This document shows positions 36,560 to 48,026 of a DNA stretch of 64,000 nt, piece after piece. Position 1 is the stretch's first letter. The number at the start of each line of letters is the position of its first letter. This stretch comes from Phoronis australis (lineage: Eukaryota; Animalia; Phoronida): assembly GCA_002633005.1 (NCBI GenBank), contig NMRA01000431.1, forward strand, positions 123,733 through 187,732, written 5' to 3'. The notes below the pieces were generated by a model that saw nothing but the letters and a program-made list of their open reading frames with translations, was not told where the DNA came from and made no database searches. The position numbers were made by a program, and so were the translations under genes.

Positions 36560-36952
36560 ATGTGGAGGGTAACAGTTTGCGGGAGCCTACTTTCCCACGG
36601 TACTTTTTCTAGTCGCACTTCCCTTATCTGTTTAGTAATATGCACTTTGATTATACTTCCCAATCCAGTGAAGTCCTCAGGATATTTTGAATTGCAAATA
36701 TATAGTATTACGAATTTGAGAGGGGAACTGTCCAATGGAGAGTGTTGCGACGGGACAAGGAACGTCGAAGGCGAATGTTTGGACGATTGCGAGACGTATT
36801 TTACTGCGTGCTTGAAGGAGTACCAAAGCAGGGTTACACTAGACGGCCCGTGCAATTTTGGAAACGTGTCTGGCCCTGTGCTCGGTGGGAATTCATTTAC
36901 ATTATCGCCAAGTCAAAGTCATCTCAAACTTCATTTCAATTTTGCATGGACG
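36560..36952 (+). CDS. JAG: Jagged/Serrate Notch ligand, first coding exon (signal peptide plus N-terminal MNNL/C2 domain)
   Basis: Hydrophobic leader, then SGYFELQI...NLRGELSNGECCDG...CETYFTACLKEYQSRVT..GPCNFG..SGPVLGGNSF...FNFAWT. CLKEYQSRVT is Jagged/Serrate-type rather than Delta-type. Ends at a strong phase-0 donor ACG|gtaagt, the position of the intron after FAWP in vertebrate JAG1. No downstream exon was recognised. Confidence 0.95.
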
Positions 36953-39900
36953 GTAAGTTGCACTCGCACGCCAGACAAACAAGACACCACGTGCATACTA
37001 AAGTTTGGACGGGGTTGTTTACTGTTTTACATACGCTGTTTTTACATTCATTTGTATCTTTTTATCTGGTGCAAAGTTTGACCTTAATGTTTTGAACTTC
37101 ACTTCACATGTTTGATGTTTTTCTAATTGTACTTGAAGTTATCTTATTATCTGTTTTTAATCTCACAGTTTTGCTCACATGAAGTTGATATGTTTTTTAA
37201 TCCTACTACTAAGCCAATTTTACTGAACATTCTGTGCTCTTTAACCCCATCAGAGAAAAGCCCCATTTGCAGTTCAATTCCTTTTTGTGGCATTCTGTTT
37301 GGTAAATTGTTGTTGGATCACTGTTCCACTGTCAGGAAGTGTACAATGACTATTCTATAAGTCAATAACTATACAAACAATGATATAAAAACAGCAGTGT
37401 GTCAGAGTTGATAAAGCAAGAGACCATATGATCTGACTGGTGTTTTCACTTCCAATGATTTGAAGGCCTCATGTTCTCTTTTACAAGCTTAAGATTTGAA
37501 AAATGAAGTAAAAAACATAATCAAAGCAGGTGAAAGTGAAGCAGAGGCTATGTGTTTATCACATGGGTTGAAATAAGAGGGGAATCACTTATGTTAATAT
37601 TCTGTTGGAGTTTAAAAGTGTTAATTTGCTGATGATTTCAGTTGCACAGTGTTTGAAGCGTTGTCATTAAAATATTTAAAAAGTTTGCTGTATATGCAGC
37701 CTTTGGAATGCCACATTGCGTGGAGTAAGAAATACTTAGAAATTTGTCTTAATCACTTGTTTGACTGTGCAATGCAAAGTATCTTATAGAGCATTAGTTT
37801 CTCAGAAAAATACTTTGCGTTGGTATTCTTCAATATTTAGAGCAGCTGTGTCGAAAACGTCCCTCATGTTTTCCATGAAACGACGGCAACCAAAGCTATG
37901 TTTCCACCAGTAAAAGTTGAATTTTTATGCTACGTGTTTGTCATTTGTCGCATGTTTTCCATGCTATTGTCAACTGAACCTGAGCTAAAACACCTGTGAC
38001 CACTCGTTTCCCAGAGATATTTTTCCAATTGATGTCACAATAAAACATGTATGTTCTCTTAATTAGTCCTCTTCCACAGTCTCGTGTACAATGCTTTGCC
38101 AAGTTGTAAAGGAACTGGTATAAAGTTTAGATATGTTTGAACTGTCTCTTGTAAATGTCATTGATTTCCATCATTTGCTGGTTAGTTCGAATAAGAGAAG
38201 CAAACAACTGGTGTTTTCTATAGTCATTCCCAGGTTTTCTCAAATCAGCCTACCACTTGTGAACTGCATTGATAGACTTGACTTAATTGAAAAACAAACC
38301 GAAGATGGTCAATAGAGTTGCCTGCCATTTAGAAAATATCTTGAGCTTTGATTGCCTGTATTTCGGGGTACTATGTTTTCTGCTGTTATTGGTTTACAAT
38401 TATATGTGTTAGTTGAGAAATAGACCAGAAAATCTTCCAAAATATCTGCTGTCTGTCAAATGAGTGTGAATGTTATACGAGGACTTAATTATCCTGATTT
38501 TAACATGTTTTCATAGTATTGATTCTGTATTTTTTGAAAAAATGCAATTTTCATATCTTGTTTCGTTTGCACAGAAAATACTGACTCATGAATGGAGACT
38601 TTGTTTGAAAACGCGCAATTTGGACTAAGCTGATAAATGGATAATTTTAGTAGTTTTGCTAGAGGAAGTGAATTGGTTTTCCTATCTTAGTTAGCGATTA
38701 CCAGAATAGGCTTATTTTGGATAATAGCATGGATTGGTTATCATTATTTGAAATGACTGCTCTATCTGTAAAGTCCTTAAATTTGTCTTGTAACAGTGGA
38801 AATATTTTCACATTGATCTGAAATTAAGTTGTTGGATTCTAATGTTATGTCCTTGGGTTTCACGTTTTATTTGCAGTTTTGCTTTTAACTTTAGGAACAC
38901 AGAAATAAATTTTTAGGTCTTAGCTTTAAAACTGAGGAACAGAATCAAATGTTCAAGAAGCAGAATAAATTAGCAAATCGGTCTTTATTGCTGTATCTTT
39001 CCGAACATCAGTTTTGTTTCAAATTTCTCAGTTCCGCGTATTGTTAGATTTTAACAACCCTCTAAAAAAAGAATTTGTGAAACAAAACATGAGGGATACT
39101 ACAATAATTGTATGGGAGGCTGAACAAGTGATGGAACTGCACAGGCCAGCTTTTCCAAAAATTGAAATGCTTCAAAGAAATTCACAACCAAATAATGTTG
39201 ACAGTAGCATTACAATAATTAATTAAAGAAAGGCTGATTCAAAGTGGAAACGGTCAACCCACTAAAACATTTGTTCCTACTGCTGAAAAAGTTGAACTTA
39301 AGTTGGGCACACTCTATGATTTTTTGTTTTTCTCATAAGATCCTGTGTGTATACAGCTCCAGCTCAGCCAATGAGAAAGAGACTTTCAAAAATGAATAGG
39401 ATTGACCAATCAGAAGGGTCTTTGTTTACAAATTAGGAAAATCACAAGCATTGTCCAGGATGAATACTAACAGTTGTGCGACTTTTTTTAATCTGTCTGA
39501 GATTTATGCTATTAAACTGCCAGCTTCCAGTTTGTGGCTTATTTTCAAAAGAAAAAAATGCATCTTATAAGAAGCTGAAATAGAAGTTGTCATGTTTAGT
39601 GCGATATCTGCTAATGTTGAACCCTGATAAAAGAATTACAAGAAATGATACATCACTTTCATCTATGCTCTAGATTTTTTCGCAAAGGCTTCATTGGGGA
39701 TGGATACTATTGAAAGAAAACTTTTGATAATTTTTCTTTGGTGGTTAAGTTGCTTCGCCAGGTTGTATTTGGCAGGTATTCATGATTGATTTTTTTGTAT
39801 TTTTCAAATTATGAATCTGTAATTAATGGACCCTCAATAATTGGTAGTTGTATCTGAGAAATTCAGTGTTAGTCTGTAAAACTTTTCCACTTTGTTTGTG

Positions 39901-42145
39901 ATTGACGTATGTGGGTCTACTGGTCAATCTGTACATTATCATTTATTGAGCAACCGAGTGAGAGCTGAGATAACCATACAGACAGAGTAGAATAACAGTC
40001 GGTTTGCACAGCAAAAAGCTGTGATACGAAAAAAAACAACATTGAATTGAACCTGAGACTGGTTCTGTCTTTTCACATTTCCTTGTCTTGGATTGTAGGT
40101 TTATCTTTCTGAAGTAAAGCAGGGAGATTGGCTGGTTGCGTTCACGTGTCATTTTTGAATATTTTTGTCAAAATTGTCGTATAAGGAAGACTTGCATGCC
40201 ATTGTACTGGTCTGCTACATACAATTGTAATAACATCATTAGAAATGGGTGCAGCTAAGTTGACTACATTTCACTATGTACACCCCTTGTATTAACAGAC
40301 TGTGTAATGTTACATCAGATATCCACTATTATACTGGTAAGGATTACTTTCCTAATAGTGTATGTATTAGAGGCATTATTTAATTTGCTTAGCATGGACA
40401 TATCGCACTAATCTGGTCTTTCTCCAAACTATTGATTTTCCGGCCCGCATAAATCGCAATTGGATGATACCATTTGTGCACACACATGGGAATTCCCGTA
40501 TTTGGAGAGCTGTCAAATTTTACTACGACTCCTAGCAGAATTACTACGGCAATGAAATAAGTTGTTATGAAGCTGCTTACAGCGGATTAGCCATTGCAGT
40601 TTTTGCCATGTGGTGGTCTCTACTCTGTTCCCATAGTAATCTGCTTGTGAATGATCAGGTGCTAGAACAGAGGCCGCGATGCAATCTCTATCAAGTCTTA
40701 ACACGATAAAATGGGAAATCCAAGCAAATTTAACGAATTCTTCACAACACTGTTGTGATAACAGCATATCATTGGTCGTTATCTATAAATTATCAATTAA
40801 TTGTAAAATTCTATGTGATTTCATTTTGGTGCGTCTAAACTGAAATCACAAAAATAAAGAAATAACGTGTTCTTGGTTAGTTGTTGAATTTGACTTAACT
40901 GGAATATGGGCGTGAGACGTTGTCCAAGTATTATATATATATCAACAAAGTAACTTTGTGATCCCCAAGGAAGGTTTATTCCTAACCAAACTCTGCAATA
41001 AGATTTCAGTGAAGGAGACTTTCCTCTAATGTCTACGCTTGACTTGTAGTGGTATATCACACCAGATCATCACTGTGGCAGATGGGACATATATGCGCCC
41101 TAATAAGTTCAAATCGTATTTGTAGAATAATAAGCTTAATATGAGTATGGTAATTTCATTTTTACCTTGTTTGCTCTGACAAGTTTGCAGTCTTAGCAAT
41201 TCTAGTGCAGTAAGTAGGCTGGTATGTGGGAAGATGTGGAACTCTACACTTGGATATGCCAGAACTTGCCATAATTGATAATTACCATGTTTACTGTCAG
41301 GTCACTAAGAACAAATGTAGCACTTTCTCTCATCACAATTCAATTTTCCAACTGCATTGCTCACGTGTTCATTGACTAGAAGTAGAAAATGTGTGTCTGA
41401 TTCCTGGAGGCAAACTTCTGATTATGGATTGATTCAGATAAATTGAGCTCAATTCAATACATGCACAGAGTGAAACACACACTAAAAGTAAATAATGATA
41501 ATTTTTATAAAATGGATTAAATACCTCTACTCTGAAACACTTTACAGTCATCAAGAATATAAAAACACATAGATTAGAAAGTACAATTGAACACCAAAAC
41601 AGCATAGTGTGACTGTGTAGGTGTATGTGCGCAACTGGGCTGTGTATGTTTGTGCACATGGGATGATGCAGTTTTTGGAAACCTGGAAATTTGAGAGAAT
41701 ACTTTCTAGCCAATCAGTCTTGTCCACAATCTGTTTTGACTTGTCACTGCATTGGGTTTGAATTTTGAAGCCACAAGTTTGACTTACTTGTGTCGAGCTT
41801 GAAAAGCTTTGCAAATTAGAACATTTTAGTTTTTTGGTACCAGTTCATTGCATTTATTTCAAAACTTAACCCACAAACTCCTCACAGTATGGTCATGGAA
41901 TTTTGAACTCTACATGAATTTTGTAATTCAAGTCGAGTTTGAACTTTCTGTTGTGGAGAACACTGCAATACTGACCTTGGAACTGAATACAAAATACATA
42001 TTTTATAGGTGGATACGGTCAAACTGACCATGTGCTGTTATCTGTAGGCTCGCAATAGACTTTAAAGGTATTAGTCAAAATGGCTAAAGCATCTGAAAAC
42101 ATTAGCCATTTTCAAAAATTCTTAGTCAATACTTTCTCCCTGTCT

Positions 42146-42510
42146 CCAGGCTACGGCAGGGGTACGCCACCCACATGGGCATGCTGTTGACCTAAAAACA
42201 TTGGGCAGGGCTTCCCCCCTATACCCAGGTTATGGCAGGGGTACGCCTACCACAGCGGCATGATGTTGACCTAAAAAGATTGGGCAGGGCTTCCCCCCTA
42301 TACCCGGGTTATGGCAAGGGTACGCCTGCCACAGGGGCATTTAAATGATGTTGACCTGAAGAAATTGGGCAGGGATTCCCTCAATACCCGGGTCATGGTA
42401 GGGGTACGCCGGCCACATGGGCATTTCATTGATATTGACCTATAAACATTGGGCACTGAGGGATTCCCCAATCCCCGGGTTACGGTGGGGGTATGCCGGT
42501 CACATGGACA
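42146..42510. repeat. ~80-bp degenerate tandem repeat, about 5 copies
   Basis: GGGGTACGCC..CCACA.GGGCAT...GTTGACCT...ATTGGGCAGGG recurs about every 79-86 bp. Confidence 0.9.
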
Positions 42511-45041
42511 CTTTGATGAGCAATATATTGACTGAGGTCCAAAAACGCTATCATATCTTGTGACTTACAAAATAAAGCTGAATTGTGCAGAGTAGTGAAT
42601 ATACGGTAAAACTTATTAAATAAGAAATTGACATTTGCTTTACCTTGGTTTCTTTCGGCCGCTGCAAAATAGTCTTGACATTGTCATTGTCTCCACCCCC
42701 CTACACAACAGTTCATTTTCAGGGGGAGTGATGGACATGAAATGGAACATTCGCTTGCTATTTTTAAGACTTACGGTACCATTGCCAGTGCTGCTCAGAA
42801 TTTGCCAATGGCGGGCTAGCGAGCGGCAAGTTGATAAAAATCCTAGGTTGCTACTGAGTTGCCATGCAACACTCGAGCACGTATTCAAAATACTACAGGA
42901 AGTAAAGAGATGATTGGCAAAATCTGACAGGCCTGACCATATTCGCAGGCTTCCGGTGGTGAGCCTGTGCGTGAGATATTCCTAATTTTTGTTGGAGAAA
43001 AACAAAAAAAGGCGACTAAGTGATCTTAGGTGCACTGGCGGATATTTGCCGAGTTTTCCATTTATTCACTTCTGTTGCCTATTTCATTTTTGGCTCTTGC
43101 AAATGGGGTTTGGTGACCTCACTTCCCGTTCATTGACTAGGGAATTTTATCAGGTCGCATTGGACGAGTTGATGTAATCCTAAGCTTCGAGCCCTGAAGA
43201 AGATTTTCTTTTTTAATTTACTTCAAATGAGCTTCTTTCATTTTTGACGATAATATTTGCCATGAAACTGCCATTTCATTTTTATGAGACTTGTAGCTTA
43301 CTAGTGCTGTGAGTTACACCATGTGCTGTTCTATGTGTCAGTGTTTTAGTTAAAACTTTATGTCCATAAATTTGACAAAGGGAGATTTCGTTGAAAAGCT
43401 TTCCCTGCAGGTAGACACCATCTGTGTCTACTACAACTACCTGTATTTCTCATTCTTACTAATTAGCTTTGTACCTCTTTAATTGATGTTAACATTCTCC
43501 CACCTATTCACCTATTGTCCAGTTATTGTTTTTATAAGCTAAACACCCATGCAGCTAATCAATTCCTTAGGCTTTCTACTCAAAAGGTTTGTTTACCCAA
43601 ATTAGACGTACCCTTGAAAACCTGGTCATTGTACATGGAAGTTTGACTAGTTTGGTTTCCACTGGCTTTAGAATGGTTCTTTAGATGTGCATGTCTTGTT
43701 TGTTATTATAAACAACCAGTCAATACATGCTCATGTGTCACAGTGCAAGCTGTGGGAAAAGTTAGTCAGCCAGAGCCCACTGGGCGGATGGTGGGCTTGT
43801 GTTTTGGGCACTGGTTGTCTTTAACTGCTTTCTTAATGGGTTCTAATCTTGGCAAAATTTGTTGATTTAAACTTTCCTAATCCCTTGTTATGACAGATGT
43901 GTATTCCAAAAATGAGATAGTATCCCTGGTGTAACTGTATATGTTGGGAACATGAGATAAAACCTCCAGGAATGTCTCTTTACTTCTTTAGTACACATTT
44001 AAATTAGCCAGCTCTCCTACTGGTTTACTGATGAATGGATGCAGGCCATATTGTCTCAACTGTTGGACATACTGCTCTTCATTAGTGGGTCCTCCTCATC
44101 CCCTGTGTGCTCCTATCTTGTTATTGGTCTCTGACAGGATAGTGCATTTCTGGCCTCCCAAGAAGTGATGAGTCAGTTGTTTAGACACTCTGCTCAGTCC
44201 TGGAGATGGATTGTTTCCATTGATAATTCACTACAGAAATACATACATTTGTTCACTACAGGCTGCCTTGAGAAGTTGTTACATTCAAATTCTGATGCGA
44301 AAGCTTCCACTTATCAACATTGAATAACGATATCATGAAATGAAAACATCTTACTTTGCACATGTATTCTGAGTATTAAATTGTATATTCTAAATAATTC
44401 CCATCTCCAAGTCTCCTGTTAATTCAAGTCTCCTTATTTTGTAGTTGGAGTAGTAGCAATTCACAAACTGTTGCTATGGTAACATTCCATTGGATTATGC
44501 TAATGTTTTGGGATGTGTTCTGCATCAATTGAGTATTGTCTCGCCAGCGTACAGTTTGCCAAAGAAATTGTAATGACTGTTTAGCTTACCATATATCTGC
44601 AGTTGTCAGAAGAATTCTCAATTGTCCATGTTTTTCAGAAATTAATGATGAGCAATTATTAAGTCTGTGCATGTATGCCAATGAGACTGCAGAAAACAAA
44701 GGTAATAGACATCTTGCCAAGGTGTGAATTAGAGATAAATTGACTTAAGATCTATTACCTGAAGGTAATTAAGATTTATGTACATTGAATTCTGAATAAT
44801 TTATTATCTCGTCAACACATATCCACAGCAGGGCAGAGGTGGCACCAAATTCTTTTGGCTAGTCTAAGAGATATTTATCTGTATAGTTGCATTAACATTG
44901 GTCCTGATTTTCAACTAATCTTTGTAGTATGTTAGGTAGTAAACTTCTTCAATCTATACACTTAAAAGGTTGGACAGGTGGTGGTAAAACTCATTTTACA
45001 ACTTTAGTTTGGTTATGGCTGCAAAATGTGTGCTGATAAAG

Positions 45042-45333
45042 AGTTCAGTTTTGGACCAAATTAAAATGTAATACGTTTCATTTATCATAAGGGTCCAACA
45101 TGCAAATACTAAGAAGTTCAGTTTTGGACCAAATTAAAATGTAATACATTTCATTTATCATAAGGGTCCAACATGCAAATACTAAGAAGTTCAGTTTTGG
45201 ACCAAATTAAAATGTAATACGTTTCATTTATCATAAGGGTCCAACATGCAAATACTAAGAAGTTCAGTTTTGGACCAAATTAAAATGTAATACGTTTCAT
45301 TTATCATAAGGGTCCAACATGCAAATACTAAGA
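45042..45333. repeat. 73-bp tandem repeat, 4 near-identical copies
   Basis: AGTTCAGTTTTGGACCAAA starts at 45042, 45115, 45188 and 45261. Confidence 0.97.
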
Positions 45334-46306
45334 AATGCATCTAATTTTATTTTGATTTTATGCTGTATATTCACAACAAAGAAAAATTTTGTTACAGTAA
45401 TATTAATGATTTTTGTAAAAATTTGTCAAAATTGTGCTTTTCTGCCATATTGTCTACTGAATTGTAAAGTCTGTACCCTACTTGTGCTGCAACAATCTAT
45501 ATGTGGTAAAATGTCACCAATTTAAGACACAACATGGTAGACAGGTCAAATTTTATTTCCTTATTTTTTCCATAAAAGATGTGAAAAATCAACCTAATGT
45601 TTTACCAAGTTCAAGTTTTGCACTACAGCTACTGTTACACAAGATAAATTGTGGACATCCACAACAGTGTTAGAATCCCTTGAAAATTGAAAAACATCGC
45701 AATTTCGGCAATTAATTTTGACTGAAATTGAGGAGGTTTTACTATGCGAAAGCATAATGGGATGCATTTTTGCCAATGTCAAGTTGTTCAATACCGTAGC
45801 ATTTGTTCATCTCTGATGAATCAAACAATTGCATTTTTGTTGTAAAAGCTAGCGCCATTACTCGTGTCATCTAGTTCGTTGTTAGGTTGTTGATGATAGT
45901 AATCTATCCTAATCCAGGCTGAGAAGTGGTCAGCTGGTCTGCCTCACCTGCGGTTGTTGGCCTTGATAGTTATTAAGGTGTTTAATTCCTTAAAGCTCTC
46001 TTGAGCAGTTCTCACATGGAAACAGTGAAGACTTGTGGTGCAGTGTGATTACTATTCATAATTACCCTCCCTCTTTCATAATTACACTCCTTCTTTCATC
46101 CTCAGAAATTCATGCTAAGCTATAGGGAAGTAAACTCTCTACTCAGTCGAAATGTTGAAAAACTGTGGTAGTCGCTTGCTTTCGACGCGGCATATGTCTC
46201 TATGACTTCAAGTCTTGAGAAATTCATGGCGTGTGCACGATTACAATTTATAAGGCCGTACTCTCTTTTGTAGCCATATCCTCGTAGGGGCCGCTAGTTT
46301 GATTTT

Positions 46307-47646
46307 GAAAAACAGAGCATAAAGCATAGTATCTGAAAGTTTCATATGAATCCGACGAGTCATTTCTGAGATAGGACGTGCCAAAGTTAGCCAAATTTGG
46401 ACATGTTTCAAGCCGGGCCTATATAACGTTAAGGTCAAATGTAACCCTAGAGAACTTGAGGTATGGCAGGACAGATTCAAATTCTCGGATATCGTATTTT
46501 CTTGTTATTAAACTGTTGCATGAGAGGATATCAAACATGTTATTAAAAAATGATAAGTTGGACACAACAAAATGGAAGGATAAGTTAAAAAAGTGTATAA
46601 TGTTACTGAGATTGAACACTTATCTGAAATGGAATTAGGTCAAGTTATGGAAACACATTATTTTACCAAGAATGTACTTTACTCTTCGCTAAATTTAAAT
46701 CAGAAGACACAGTCACATTATCTAATAAATGGCAGATTGTTGTAAATTCAAAAATTAAATTCTACAAGCTTTCTACTTTCATATAGTATCGGGGCTCAAT
46801 TTGACAACCTACAGGTCGCGACCTCAGACTTTGTTTGGTGACCTGGTAAAAATCTCAAGTTGCCACCAAGTCACCATGTGCTCAAAATACTACAGGAAGT
46901 AAACAGGCAACAGTTTGAAGTATTCAGCAAAAAGTGGAAGGGACTGCATCCTGATCCTCCGATCTTTCCTCAGGTAGAAATGAGGAAAGATCGGAGGATC
47001 AGGATGCAGTCCCTTCCACTTTTTGCTGAATACTTCAAACTGTTGCCTGTTTACTTCCTGTATTATTTTGAGCACATGGTAACTTGTTGGCAACTTGAGA
47101 TTTTTACCAGGTCACCAAACTAAGTCTGAGGTCGCGACCTGTAGGTTGTCAGATTGAGCCCCGATACTATATGAAAGTAGAAAGCTTGTAGAATTTAATT
47201 TTTGAATTTACAACAATCTGCCATTTATTGGATAATGTGACTGTGTCTTCTGATTTAAATTTAGCGAAGAGTAAAGTACATTCTTGGTAAAATAATGTGT
47301 TTCCATAACTTGACCTAATTCCATTTCAGATAAGTGTTCAATCTCAGTAACATTATACACTTTTTTAACTTATCCTTCCATTTTGTTGTGTGTAACTTAT
47401 CATTTTTTAATAACATGTTTGATATCCTCTCACGCAACAGTTAAATTACAAGAAAATATGGTATCTGAGAATTTGAATCTGTCCTGCCATACCTGAAGTT
47501 CTCTAGGGTTACATTTGACCTTAACGTTATGTAGGCCCGGCTTGAAACATGTCCAAATTTGGCTAACTTTGGCACGTCCTATCTCAGAAATGACTCGTCG
47601 GATTCATATGAAACTTTCAGATACTATGCTTTATGCTCTGTTTTTC
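46307..47646. repeat. Long inverted repeat (fold-back palindrome): 666-bp arms, 8-nt spacer
   Basis: 46307-46972 is the reverse complement of 46981-47646, with spacer GGTAGAAA. Scattered substitutions only, mostly in 46430-46565. Confidence 0.97.
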
Positions 47647-47815
47647 CTGAACGCTTAGAACAAGTTAGAAGTGTTCCACTTTTGCACGAGGGGCTATAAA
47701 AAAGAACTTTTATGGTTTCCATAAAAAAAACTATGAAGTTGCATAAAATGGAAATGAAATATTTTCAAAACTGTATAAGTGTTTTTGAGATCTTGTCTTG
47801 AATGCTGTGTCAAAT

Positions 47816-48026
47816 CATAGGCGGATTTAGGGGGGGGGGTCCAGGGGGCCCGGCCCCCCCTTTGCTGCCGCAAAAAATAAAACAGTAAGAGAGTAGGGAA
47901 ACCCCCCTCCAGACCTCCCCCCATTCGGTGCTATGCGCATCTACATTCGTGGTTCAGTTTGCGCAAATGCTTCCAACCGGACAAAATGTTGGGGCCCCCC
48001 CTTGTGATATCCTAGATCCGCCACTG
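47816..48026. mobile_element. G/C-run-rich MITE (CATAGGCGGATTTAGGGG...CTAGATCCGCCACTG)
   Basis: Imperfect TIRs with G-run and C-run subtermini; CAAAT on both flanks. Confidence 0.6.

Noticed and set aside
36385-37095. Overlapping ORFs 36385..36855(-) and 36742..37095(+), and the 42-aa extension of the Jagged ORF to 37081
   Set aside because: These are shadow frames of the Jagged exon; homology stops at the gtaagt donor at 36953.
46860-47123. Mirror-image ORFs on both strands (MPPSHHVLK... / MPTSYHVLK...)
   Set aside because: A trivial consequence of the palindrome; no coding signature.
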